From a candidate division WWE3 bacterium UBA1379 (lineage in GTDB: Bacteria > Patescibacteriota > WWE3 > UBA101185 > UBA10185): 64,000 nucleotides of DNA. This document shows positions 50,442 through 59,815 of the stretch, piece after piece. The notes under the pieces are model-generated. The model did no database searches, had not been told where the DNA came from, and saw only the letters and a list, made by a program, of their open reading frames with translations. The DNA lies in the NCBI GenBank assembly GCA_002305475.1, contig DBRB01000003.1, positions 13,360-77,359 on the forward strand, written 5' to 3'. Numbering within the stretch: the first letter of the stretch is position 1; each line of letters opens with the position of its first letter. The position numbers were made by a program, and so were the translations under genes.

Positions 50442-50620
50442 ATATTTATCTTCGGGATAATCGGTATTTTTACCGGTTATGCCTTAAATTAGTACGACTT
50501 TTTATCCGATTATTTAAGTTTATGAAACTTAGATTGATTGGTCAATAAGCGATTATTAGGCAAAAATCCTTTACTGACTGGGTTAATATAGTGTGGATTG
50601 GGGGGTTTGTCAAATAGTTT

Positions 50621-50664
50621 GCGAAAAATAAAGGCGTCTGCATTTTTGATGATACAGACGCCTT
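50621..50664 (-). terminator. Rho-independent terminator for the minus gene 50681..51031.
   Basis: A 10-bp stem AAGGCGTCTG/CAGACGCCTT. The minus strand has a T-run after it (plus-strand GCGAAAAATAA). Confidence 0.7.
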
Positions 50665-50680
50665 TGGCTCTCAAAAAAGA

Positions 50681-51031
50681 TTAGTACATTCTATATGGCT
50701 TAACTTTACTTCTTGGAGGAGGTTTATGGCATGGAGTTTGAGGTTTAATTTTTTCAATCTCCCGTTTGACCTCCTTATTGAAACGATGGATCATTGCTTG
50801 AAATTCCATCTCTTCCACTTCACGATAGACTGTTTTACCATTTTCCTTAACCATCAGAGACTTATTCTCTCTTAGGAATATCCTCATCGCTTCGAGATCA
50901 TCATCACCCAGGGTTTTGTGACCTGTCATTTTTTGTCCGTTAGGAGCAATTAATGACCAGCCGTTTCGTTCGTTCACCTGAAGAACATACGTTGCCTTAA
51001 GTTCACCTATTTTTGCCGAATTGGTTGTCAT
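50681..51031 (-). CDS. Hypothetical small protein, tandem paralog A.
   Basis: NGWSLIAPNGQKMTGHKTLGDDDLEAMRIFLRENKSLMVKENGKTVYREVEEMEFQAMIHRFNKEV aligns with the neighbouring ORF 51052..51354. Confidence 0.55.
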   Translation of the reverse strand: MTTNSAKIGELKATYVLQVNERNGWSLIAPNGQKMTGHKTLGDDDLEAMRIFLRENKSLMVKENGKTVYREVEEMEFQAMIHRFNKEVKREIEKIKPQTPCHKPPPRSKVKPYRMY

Positions 51032-51051
51032 GTTCGAATCCCTTCTTTGTA

Positions 51052-51354
51052 TTAGAAATTGGGGCGTTTCGGATTGTTTGCCGTACGGGAGAGTTCAATA
51101 AATTTCTTCCTGAATTGAGAGATGAGGTATTCCATTTTCTCAGAGTCCACCTCCAAATATTGGATTGTATCACCGTCCCTTACAGCCTTGATTCTGTTTT
51201 CCCATAGCATCTGCTGAATTCTTTGTAGATCGGATGGGTCTGGTTTGACACTAGACGTATACTTTTCACCATTGGGAAAAACAACAGTATAACCCACCCC
51301 ATCCTGTCTCGGGATCAACTTAATCACCGGATTTGGCATTTTAACAGTGTCCAT
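51052..51354 (-). CDS. Hypothetical small protein, tandem paralog B.
   Basis: GYTVVFPNGEKYTSSVKPDPSDLQRIQQMLWENRIKAVRDGDTIQYLEVDSEKMEYLISQFRKKF aligns with ORF 50681..51031. Confidence 0.55.
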   Translation of the reverse strand: MDTVKMPNPVIKLIPRQDGVGYTVVFPNGEKYTSSVKPDPSDLQRIQQMLWENRIKAVRDGDTIQYLEVDSEKMEYLISQFRKKFIELSRTANNPKRPNF

Positions 51355-51465
51355 GGCTTTCTCCTTTGTGACACTAATTCTTCTCCTTCTTTATAATGAC
51401 CGTGAACATAATATCAAAAACTATAAGTTTTACCAAATTTAGAACCTGGGATCGGATTGTATTAA

Positions 51466-51500
51466 GATAAAAAAGCGCTGAATATTGATCTTCAGCGCTT
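51466..51500 (-). terminator. Rho-independent terminator for the minus gene 51519..51722.
   Basis: Stem AAGCGCTGAA/TTCAGCGCTT with loop TATTGATC. The minus strand has a T-run after it (plus-strand GATAAAAA). Confidence 0.65.
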
Positions 51501-51518
51501 TATGGTAGAAATATTTTA

Positions 51519-51722
51519 TTAACCATCCTTCATATGATCTTGGCATTTTGCCAGTGAACCACAATATGCAGTTGGTAACTTGCATGTTTCTCGAATGGTA
51601 CATTTTAGAGGGCGGATAGATGTATACCCTGATCCTTGGCTAGATGTAAGTGACCACAAATTAATACCCGATGGAACAAAAAGTTGTACCGCACATTTAG
51701 ATTTATTTTTTTTCTTGGCCAT
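51519..51722 (-). CDS. Small basic Cys-rich protein, hypothetical.
   Basis: A 67-aa protein with six Cys (C..., LKCTIRETCKLPTAYCGSLAKC), a Lys-rich N-terminus, and its own terminator. Confidence 0.4.
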   Translation of the reverse strand: MAKKKNKSKCAVQLFVPSGINLWSLTSSQGSGYTSIRPLKCTIRETCKLPTAYCGSLAKCQDHMKDG

Positions 51723-51829
51723 GATTGTCTCCTTCCACTTAGGATTTTAATTATTGAATAGGATAACTGAAAAATTACTCAGTGGAAAATAATACCATGT
51801 ATTGTATGCTCCATTCAAGGAATAAGGTG

Positions 51830-52384
51830 TTATGAGGATATAAAGTTAAGGATGCTTTTTCCGTATTTTCTTTCATCTATGATTTTTAGATTAGTTCCTT
51901 CAGTTAGTTTTTCTATTTTGAGTTTGTCTCCATGCAAAAAGATGATTGTACCACCCGGATTTAAGATTTCTTCCAGATTTTTCATCAGGAATTTATGGGA
52001 TAGGTCATCATAAAACGGATCAGCAAAGATTATAGTGTATTTTTTATCGGTATTTGCAACATACTTTACTGCGTCACTGAAAAATACTTCCGATTTATCT
52101 TCAAACCCACAACTTTTGATATTTTTTGTTATTGCCTGGCGTGCATTGTAGTTATCATCAACAAAATCGCACCACTGTGCTCCCCTGCTTAATGCTTCCA
52201 GCCCTAAATTTCCGCTTCCGGCAAATAAATCCAGGACCATAGCGTCATCTACTTTTTCACCAAGAATAGAAAAAATTGCCAGTTTAACCACTTCCTGCAC
52301 TGCCCGAATACCGGGTACATCCGGAACTATAAGTTTTTTATTTTTTGCTGTACCACTGGTTATTCTGATCATACTACTACGCAT
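51830..52384 (-). CDS. rsmD: 16S rRNA (guanine966-N2)-methyltransferase RsmD.
   Basis: The SAM motif VLDLFAGSGNLGLEALSRGA and the substrate motif FADPFY (a DPPF/Y variant); 184 aa and collinear with E. coli RsmD. Confidence 0.85.
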   Translation of the reverse strand: MRSSMIRITSGTAKNKKLIVPDVPGIRAVQEVVKLAIFSILGEKVDDAMVLDLFAGSGNLGLEALSRGAQWCDFVDDNYNARQAITKNIKSCGFEDKSEVFFSDAVKYVANTDKKYTIIFADPFYDDLSHKFLMKNLEEILNPGGTIIFLHGDKLKIEKLTEGTNLKIIDERKYGKSILNFISS

Positions 52385-52425
52385 TATAGCAAGTAATCTT
52401 CATAAATAGAGATATATAAGGATAA

Positions 52426-54453
52426 TTAATTGTTACCAACTGTTTCTTGCAGATTATCGTTGAGTTTCTTTTTCAGATTAGTATAACTATCCAATTCACT
52501 AAATAACTGCTGGGCTTCCAACTTTACGGTTTCCAGCATTTCCAGATCATTGATATCTGCACATTTAAATTTTTTAAATCCATGCTGCATAGTCCCATAT
52601 AGGTCACCCTGACCTCTGGTCCGAAGGTCAAATTCCGCAAGCTGCAGACCGTCACTTATATCTTCCAGATTCTTTAATCTCTGATAAGATGTAGTTGAAT
52701 TATTGGACATAAAGACCAGACAAATCCCCGGTTTATCTCCTCTTCCTACCCTTCCTCTAAGTTGATGTAAGGATGCCAATCCATATCTTTCTGCGCTTTC
52801 AATTACCATGACGGTAGCTTCCGGAATATCAATTCCTACTTCAATTACAGGAGTAGATACCAAAACTTTTATTTCACCGCTTTTGAATTTATCAACAACT
52901 TCCTGTTTTTCTTTGGATTTCATTCTACCGTGCAAAAGACCAATATTAATATCCTTAAATACGCCGTTTTTTAATCGGATATATTCAGCTTCCGCTGCTT
53001 TCACATTTTCCAGAATCAGACTCTCGGATTCTTCGATCAAAGGACAGACAATAAACGTAGGTTCTCCCTTATTCCTTATGGCTTCATAAGCTTCATCTCT
53101 TTTCGATTCCGGGATTACTTTGGTGGTGATTTTCTTATTCTTATTAGGTGGTGTTTTTAAAATAGAGATATTCAAATCTCCAAATAAAGTCAGAGCAAGA
53201 GTTCTGGGGATTGGGGTTGCTGTCATGGTTAATAAATGGGGTATGAAATCATTTTTACCCATTTGCATGATTCGCGTTCTTTGCTCTACTCCAAATCTGT
53301 GTTGTTCATCAACTACCACCAAACCGATATTTTCGAATTTCTCTTTAGAATAAAGCAGAGCATGGGTGCCAACGATAATATCTGTAGTATGTCTATCGGA
53401 CTTTTTTGTGCTTCCTGTCATGAGACTGACGGAAATGCCAAGAGGTTTTAGAAGATTTAAATAAGTATTGTAGTGTTGATTTGCCAGAATTTCTGTTGGA
53501 GCCATGTATAACACCTGATGTTTATTGAGTACCGTAAAATATGAAGCAATAATTGCCACTATTGTCTTTCCTGTTCCCACATCACCTTCCAGAAGCCTGT
53601 TCATCGGATGTTCCATTGTCAGATCCGACATAATTTCTTCTACTGCAGTTTCCTGTGAATTGGTAAGTTTAAACGGCAGAGAATCAACAAAATCATCAAG
53701 TTTCTCCCTATGCAATATTTTTTCAAAAGCTTTGCCTTTAAGGGAATTCTTCCATTCATACTTTCTTTGTTCTACTTTAAGTAGTTCCAATAGAAGCTCT
53801 TCGAAAGCAAATCTTCGTCTAGCCATATTTGACTCATTTCGATTATTTGGGAAATGAATACTTCTTAATGCATGGTCCAGATCCATCAATTTATGTTTTT
53901 TTAAAGTATTTTCCGGAAGAAATTCCTCAAAGGATTTTACATCGGATAAGATGTCGTTAATCCTGTTACGTAGATATTTTGAACTAAGGCCTGCCGTTTC
54001 AGGATAAACCGGTACCAGTCTGCCCGTGTGAAGCAATCCGTTATTTTTTGATAATTCCTCGTAATCAGGGGATATCAGACAAAGTTTGTTATTAAACCTA
54101 CCTACTTTACCACTAAACCGGTATCTCTTCCCTACTCTGAATGTCTGTTTCAGATAGTGCTGGTTAAACCAGACAATATTAACCTTTCCGGTCTGATCTG
54201 AGATTTGTACATTAGTAAGTTTTTTCCCGTATTTTGTATAAATGTTTCGAATATCATCAAGATCACCCTCTATAGTCACAACCTCACCATCAAGCAGATC
54301 AGCTATCTGTTTTGTCATTGAGTAATCCTCGTAACGGAAAGGAAAATGATAGAGAAGGTCCTCTATTGTTTCTATACCTAGATTTTTCAGACGTCCTTTA
54401 AACTTAGGTCCGACTTTGGGTAAAGTTGCAATTTTATCGGAAAGTTCTATCAT
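52426..54453 (-). CDS. recG: ATP-dependent DNA helicase RecG.
   Basis: An N-terminal wedge/OB domain, Walker A GDVGTGKTIVA, DEQHRFGV, and the helicase motif VI QLRGRVGRG. Confidence 0.9.
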   Translation of the reverse strand: MIELSDKIATLPKVGPKFKGRLKNLGIETIEDLLYHFPFRYEDYSMTKQIADLLDGEVVTIEGDLDDIRNIYTKYGKKLTNVQISDQTGKVNIVWFNQHYLKQTFRVGKRYRFSGKVGRFNNKLCLISPDYEELSKNNGLLHTGRLVPVYPETAGLSSKYLRNRINDILSDVKSFEEFLPENTLKKHKLMDLDHALRSIHFPNNRNESNMARRRFAFEELLLELLKVEQRKYEWKNSLKGKAFEKILHREKLDDFVDSLPFKLTNSQETAVEEIMSDLTMEHPMNRLLEGDVGTGKTIVAIIASYFTVLNKHQVLYMAPTEILANQHYNTYLNLLKPLGISVSLMTGSTKKSDRHTTDIIVGTHALLYSKEKFENIGLVVVDEQHRFGVEQRTRIMQMGKNDFIPHLLTMTATPIPRTLALTLFGDLNISILKTPPNKNKKITTKVIPESKRDEAYEAIRNKGEPTFIVCPLIEESESLILENVKAAEAEYIRLKNGVFKDINIGLLHGRMKSKEKQEVVDKFKSGEIKVLVSTPVIEVGIDIPEATVMVIESAERYGLASLHQLRGRVGRGDKPGICLVFMSNNSTTSYQRLKNLEDISDGLQLAEFDLRTRGQGDLYGTMQHGFKKFKCADINDLEMLETVKLEAQQLFSELDSYTNLKKKLNDNLQETVGNN

Positions 54454-54879
54454 AGGGGTATTCTATCAGGTCTAATCTACTGAGAAAGGAGATTATCATG
54501 CCCCCCTGTGATGATGTTGAAGCATGTCATTGTGGCGTAATAGTTCTCTGCCAACCGAAAAGTCGTCTATTAAATGTTCATTGAGTGAGTATTTACCAGA
54601 GTGATGGAAAGCTGACCGTTCACGTTGATTGTAACCCTATTGAAAACGGAACCGGCTTAATTCATGAATCTGATGTACAGGAATTTCTTTTGGATATTAA
54701 AATCAGGTGCTTGTATTTGGGTGTTTTCAATGTATCAGAACCTGGAACAGTACCGAGTAACGAGGTCATAAAAAACCATATTCTAGCATTAAGACATTTA
54801 CACTTTGTAGGTTGAGGACAGTAATATCTTAAATCTTGAAGGAACCCCTAGTCTTATACCTGGCAAGGTGTTATTACAT

Positions 54880-55002
54880 TCAAAGGATAAAAGGCAATAC
54901 GCTGGTTGCCAGTAAAGCTAAAGTGGCTAATACAACAACCGCTTTGCTTAACACACCGTTTTTACGCCATATTCTGAGTGTTTTTTTAATCTTCTTTATC
55001 AT
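54880..55002 (-). CDS. Candidate 40-aa small membrane protein 11 bp downstream of tyrS. It is not in the ORF track.
   Basis: The minus strand translates to MIKKIKKTLRIWRKNGVLSKAVVVLATLALLATSVLPFIL: a basic N-terminus then one TM helix. A GGAGA RBS lies 5 nt before the ATG. Confidence 0.35.
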   Translation of the reverse strand: MIKKIKKTLRIWRKNGVLSKAVVVLATLALLATSVLPFIL

Positions 55003-55013
55003 ATTTTCTCCAA

Positions 55014-56222
55014 TTATATAACTTTAATAAAATCTCTTTTCCCGAATTTTATTACATCCCCACTTTTAACCTGTTGGAATCTATCTGTAACCTTTATACC
55101 ATTTACTTCCACTCCGTTTTGTTCCATTACTCTTCTTATTTCACTGTTTGAGTATTTACTTCCCAGTGATCCTGTTAAAATGTCGAATAATGTGGATGTA
55201 TTCTGACTATTAGTATCCCATTCAGTTATATTTTCATCAGGAATTTCTTTCTGTTGGACGGTTTTTTCAAAATACTCCTGCGCTTTAACGGCTTCTGATT
55301 CCCCCCGCAGTATTTTTACAATCTCATAAGCCATGAGCTTTTTAAATTGCATGGGATTTGCTCCTTGCTTCATTTCTTTATCTATTTCTTCTATCTGTTC
55401 CATGGGGAAATCTGTCAGAAGCTCCAGGCCTTTAGTTATAAGATTATCTGAGTACGACATAGCTTTACCGTATATGTCAAAAGAAGAATCAATCAGATTG
55501 ATTCCGTTGCCTTTTGTCTTACTCATCGTTCTTCCGTCAGGCGCATCCATCATTTTGTTTGTTCTGACAAATTTTTCCTTGTTTAAATATATTCTGCTAA
55601 GAGTTCTTCCCATCAGCATATTAAATGTCTGATCAGTTCCGCCAATTTCCATATCTACTTCCATTGCTACACCGTCAAAACCCTGCATGAGTGGATAGAT
55701 AAATTCCTGCAGACCGATCGGATCTTTTTCTGCCCATCTTTTAGCAAACATATCACGTTCTAACATTTGGGAGACAGTAGCATTAGACATCAGTTGAATA
55801 AGATCCGCCAGATTGAGTTTTGATAGCCATTCATAATTTCTTTTGAAGATGACAGGATTTTCCCCTTCGAATTCAATTAGTTGTGCTGCCTGTTCTTTCC
55901 ACCCCTGCATATTCTTTTCAATTTCCTCATCGCTTAGCATTTTTCTTGCTTTATCCTTGTCGGGATCACCCACTTTAGAGGTGAAATCACCTACTAAAAA
56001 AATTACTTCATGCCCCAGCTGTTGAAGAATTCTTAAAGCCCTAATACCCATTGCATGACCAATATGTAGATAAGGACCGGTGGGGTCAAATCCCTGATAC
56101 ACTCGGATACGATCACCTGATAGTAGTTTCTTTTTTAATTCCTCCTTTGAAGGATAGATTTGTTCTACTCCCCTATTAAGGAATTTATCAATAAGTTTTT
56201 CATCTTTATAAACTTTAACCAT
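55014..56222 (-). CDS. tyrS: Tyrosine--tRNA ligase.
   Basis: The HIGH motif (LHIGHAMGI), the KMSKS-type motif TMSKTKGN, and a C-terminal S4-like domain (GVEVNGIKVTD). Confidence 0.9.
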   Translation of the reverse strand: MVKVYKDEKLIDKFLNRGVEQIYPSKEELKKKLLSGDRIRVYQGFDPTGPYLHIGHAMGIRALRILQQLGHEVIFLVGDFTSKVGDPDKDKARKMLSDEEIEKNMQGWKEQAAQLIEFEGENPVIFKRNYEWLSKLNLADLIQLMSNATVSQMLERDMFAKRWAEKDPIGLQEFIYPLMQGFDGVAMEVDMEIGGTDQTFNMLMGRTLSRIYLNKEKFVRTNKMMDAPDGRTMSKTKGNGINLIDSSFDIYGKAMSYSDNLITKGLELLTDFPMEQIEEIDKEMKQGANPMQFKKLMAYEIVKILRGESEAVKAQEYFEKTVQQKEIPDENITEWDTNSQNTSTLFDILTGSLGSKYSNSEIRRVMEQNGVEVNGIKVTDRFQQVKSGDVIKFGKRDFIKVI

Positions 56223-56315
56223 ACTAAGCCTAATTATATAGTTTTTTGTAATAAAAAAATACAGAGCAGGTGTTATTGATGTGTATTTAACAATTTGCCG
56301 GGAAAAAGGTAAAAT

Positions 56316-56525
56316 ATGTTAAAGGAGGGAGATATCATGAGAACAGCTGAGAAAGTTTTGATAAAAGTGTTTTTGTATTTTTCCACGCTGGTATTGATCC
56401 TAGTTTTAAATGTTGTGTCCGGGGAAAAGTCATTCTTATATACCGTTCTGATGTTTATGTTGGTTTTAACATTATTTACAAGTTTTCGTAGGATAAAAGT
56501 CCGGAAAATTCTTCATCGGAGATAA
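56316..56525 (+). CDS. Small membrane protein, hypothetical.
   Basis: A 69-aa protein with two hydrophobic helices and an AAGGAGG RBS upstream. Confidence 0.4.
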   Translation: MLKEGDIMRTAEKVLIKVFLYFSTLVLILVLNVVSGEKSFLYTVLMFMLVLTLFTSFRRIKVRKILHRR

Positions 56526-56637
56526 GAGCAGGAATTTTTAAATTAGATATCCGGTTTTTTACAATCTCAAACAAATAGTGAAAAACCGGATAAAATCAAG
56601 TAAAAAGTTTACCTCACTTTAATGATATAATTTCACC

Positions 56638-59271
56638 ATGCGCCTTTTGCCTTTAAATAAACCTAAGGTAAATTACCGGCCCCGAAAGTATAGTGCCAGG
56701 AAATTTCCTAAGGTTTCAAATTCAAAAAAGTTGATAATACTTACCTATCTGGCTTCATTTACTCTTATATCTCTTGTTTTAGGTATTTTTAGTACTTTAA
56801 TAGTGGCAGCTGCCTTCTCCAGAGAACTCCCAAACCCGAACACTCTTCTTGAAAGAAGTACGGAACTATCCACAAAGCTTTATGACAGAAACGGCACCCC
56901 AATATTTGAAGTATATGGTGATAAGAATCGACAGCTGATCACTCTGGATAAAGTATCTCCCAACATCATTCATGCTACGCTGGCAACTGAAGATGCGGAG
57001 TTTTATCTTCACAGAGGGTATTCGCTCAGAGGTATGGCAAGAGCGGTCAAAAATATGATCAAAGGCGGCGAAACTCAAAGCGGATCTACTATCACCCAGC
57101 AGGTGGTAAAAAATGCAGTTTTATCTCAGGAGCAGACCTTAAGCCGTAAAATAAAGGAATTAATTCTATCCCTTCAGATTGAAAATAAATATGATAAAGA
57201 CCAGATTTTACAGATGTATTTGAATGAAACTCCTTACGGAGGACAGAATTACGGTATTGTTACGGCAGCAAAAACCTATTTCAATAAAGATCCGATGGAT
57301 TTAACAATAGCGGAAGCCGCTTATCTAGCCGGACTTCCACAAAGACCCAGTTATTACTCACATTTCGGAGCTCATCCTGAAGCTGGAATTGAAAGAAAGA
57401 ATTATGTTTTGTATCTGATGAAAGAACGTGGGTGGACTCAGGGAGATGGAAAGCGTTATTTCTTAAGCGAGGAAGATTACGAAGCAGCTAAGAATGAAGA
57501 ATTAAAATTCCAGGCTGCTATGACTCCTTTTAAAGCTCCGCATTTTGTTTTCTATGTGAAACAGCTTTTGGCTGAAAAATTTGGTGAGGAGGCTGTAGAA
57601 CAAGGAGGTTTACAGGTTACTACTACGATTGATCTTAATCTCCAGGATAAAGCACAGGAAATTGTCTATCAGGAAGTGGAAAATACGAAAAATCTCAATA
57701 TGAATGTAGGAAACGGAGCTCTGATTGCCATTGATCCTAAAACCGGACAAATTATTGCTATGGTTGGATCAAAAGGTTACTTTTTACCGATGGAGCCGGA
57801 AGACTGTATCTCTGGTACTACGGGAGAAAACAGCTGTACTTTTGAGCCAAATCTGAATGTGACGCTTGCCAGTCGACAACCAGGTTCAACAATTAAACCG
57901 ATTACATATGCCAATATGCTGATGCAAGGATACACAGCTGCATTTCCATTTCTGGATGTACCTACTACTTTTGAAGGTGCATCCCCCGATAAACCATATG
58001 TTCCGGTAAATTATGATGGTAAATTCCGCGGTCCGATGTCTCTAAGAAAATCACTGGGTAATTCATTGAATATTCCTGCCGTAAAAGCCTTAAAAATTGG
58101 TGGTATAGATTCGATGATAGACCTGGCTGAGAAAATGGGTATCTCTACACTTAAAGAACGGGAAAGATACGGTCTGGCGTTAACTCTGGGAGGTGGAGAA
58201 ACAAAACTTCTGGAGATGACAAATGCTTTTGGAGTATTTGCCAATAAAGGTATCTATCATGAACCGGTAGCAATTCTTGAAGTAAAAGATGGCAAGGGAA
58301 ATACATTATATAAATGGAGAGATAACGGTGGATCAAAAGCTTTAACTGAAGAAGTGGCGTTTTTAATTTCGGATATTTTATCGGATGATGGAGCGCGTTC
58401 CGAAGCATTCGGATTTGGGAGTCTTTTGCATATCTCTGGATATCAGGTGGCGGTTAAAACCGGTACAACGGATGATAAGAGAGATAACTATGCTATCGGA
58501 TTTACTCCGTCGATATCTGTTGGTGTATGGGTAGGAAACAATAACAATGATCAGATGAATCCTTCCGTTGCATCAGGTATTACTGGTGCTACACCGATCT
58601 GGAATAAGTTCATGAAGGAGTTTTTAAAAGAAAAGGAAAGTGAAAAATTCGAACCGCCTAAAAATGTTAAAAAAGTAGAAGTGGATCAGCTAACAGGCAT
58701 GCTTCCTTTTGAAGATTTTCCTACCAGAACAGAGTGGTTTATTGAAAGAACCGAACCCACTGCCAGAAGTGCGTGGTATTCAAAATTGGAAGTTTGTGAA
58801 GATGACGGTAAACTGGCTAATGATTCCTGCAAGGATGCTGATAAGTCGGATGTTAAAACATACGTGAAAATTACAGCGGAACTGCCAGAATGGCAAGATG
58901 ATGTAGATAAATGGGTTTATGAACACTATAAAGATGACAATAAGTACTTTCCTCCGTCTTCCGTGTCTCATTTGAAATATGATGATGATGGAGATGTGGA
59001 AAATGACGATGAGATATATGTTGATATCGTAGGATTAGAGGATGGAGATAAGGTATCAAAGAGTTTCAGACTGCAGGCTGAGGTTTCGGCTGCTTCCGAT
59101 ATCCGGGAAGTCAGGATATATGATAATGATGAGTTGGTAACCCGGGATTCCTCAGAGCCATACGGTTACAATTTCTCTTTCGATAAATCTGGTGATCACA
59201 GTTTCAAGATTGTAGCGGAAGATAAAAATGGCAACAAAGGAGATAAGACTATTAAACTAAGGGTTCAGTAA
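56638..59271 (+). CDS. Class A penicillin-binding protein (PBP1A-type bifunctional transglycosylase/transpeptidase) with a C-terminal extension.
   Basis: A TM anchor; the GT51 motifs EDAEFYLHRG and GSTITQQVVKN; the transpeptidase motifs SRQPGSTIKP (SxxK), SLGNSLN (SxN) and KTGTT (KTG). About 200 aa of acidic C-terminal domain follow. Confidence 0.9.
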   Translation: MRLLPLNKPKVNYRPRKYSARKFPKVSNSKKLIILTYLASFTLISLVLGIFSTLIVAAAFSRELPNPNTLLERSTELSTKLYDRNGTPIFEVYGDKNRQLITLDKVSPNIIHATLATEDAEFYLHRGYSLRGMARAVKNMIKGGETQSGSTITQQVVKNAVLSQEQTLSRKIKELILSLQIENKYDKDQILQMYLNETPYGGQNYGIVTAAKTYFNKDPMDLTIAEAAYLAGLPQRPSYYSHFGAHPEAGIERKNYVLYLMKERGWTQGDGKRYFLSEEDYEAAKNEELKFQAAMTPFKAPHFVFYVKQLLAEKFGEEAVEQGGLQVTTTIDLNLQDKAQEIVYQEVENTKNLNMNVGNGALIAIDPKTGQIIAMVGSKGYFLPMEPEDCISGTTGENSCTFEPNLNVTLASRQPGSTIKPITYANMLMQGYTAAFPFLDVPTTFEGASPDKPYVPVNYDGKFRGPMSLRKSLGNSLNIPAVKALKIGGIDSMIDLAEKMGISTLKERERYGLALTLGGGETKLLEMTNAFGVFANKGIYHEPVAILEVKDGKGNTLYKWRDNGGSKALTEEVAFLISDILSDDGARSEAFGFGSLLHISGYQVAVKTGTTDDKRDNYAIGFTPSISVGVWVGNNNNDQMNPSVASGITGATPIWNKFMKEFLKEKESEKFEPPKNVKKVEVDQLTGMLPFEDFPTRTEWFIERTEPTARSAWYSKLEVCEDDGKLANDSCKDADKSDVKTYVKITAELPEWQDDVDKWVYEHYKDDNKYFPPSSVSHLKYDDDGDVENDDEIYVDIVGLEDGDKVSKSFRLQAEVSAASDIREVRIYDNDELVTRDSSEPYGYNFSFDKSGDHSFKIVAEDKNGNKGDKTIKLRVQ

Positions 59272-59279
59272 ATTAAGTG

Positions 59280-59314
59280 AGTACGAAGCTAATATTAATA
59301 ATCAACTTCGTACT
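59280..59314. terminator. Bidirectional terminator between the PBP gene and the convergent minus-strand gene.
   Basis: A 9-bp stem AGTACGAAG/CTTCGTACT with a 17-nt AT loop and T-rich flanks. Confidence 0.6.
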
Positions 59315-59326
59315 CTATTTCACTGA

Positions 59327-59692
59327 TTAATTATTTGATGCCCCGCAGTTAACGTGATGATTGATCTGGAGAAAAATTACTGATTTACTGACAACAATGC
59401 TTTCATCATCCCATTCTGTACTATCTAAAAGCAGATAAGATCCCCCGAAATTTAAACATAGAATTTTGAGAGTACCTAGACGTTTTTCCTGTTCCTCACT
59501 GAATATTCCTTCCCTGATAATTAGATATACAGGGGAAGATCTCTGAAGTAGATCAAATATCTCGGTTTCATTAATCAATAAATTTATGTCGATATACTCG
59601 TTTGAAACACCTTTTTCTTCACAAGACTGTTCAACAAGGCTTATGATGGGAGTTGTGTCGTAATCAACAGCAATAACTGACCAGCGGATCAT
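59327..59692 (-). CDS. Hypothetical 121-aa protein.
   Basis: An ORF with no recognisable motifs. It is convergent with the PBP gene. Confidence 0.4.
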   Translation of the reverse strand: MIRWSVIAVDYDTTPIISLVEQSCEEKGVSNEYIDINLLINETEIFDLLQRSSPVYLIIREGIFSEEQEKRLGTLKILCLNFGGSYLLLDSTEWDDESIVVSKSVIFLQINHHVNCGASNN

Positions 59693-59815
59693 GATATGAC
59701 CTCCTCTTCCTTTCTTATTAAATTAACATAAGCAAATATTTAGCTACTTCAAGGAAAAGTGGGGCATATAACTGAGTTATAGATATGTAACAACAATAAG
59801 TGTTAAATTGTTGCC

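Noticed and set aside
54585-54815. A 76-aa plus-strand ORF in the recG-tyrS intergenic region.
   Set aside because: It starts with GTG and has no RBS and no recognisable features. It is probably non-coding, though the region may hold promoters for recG.
56223-56315. T-box leaders upstream of tyrS and pheS.
   Set aside because: The upstream gaps (93 and 107 bp) are too short for a T-box, which needs around 250 nt. No specifier-loop or antiterminator structure is seen.
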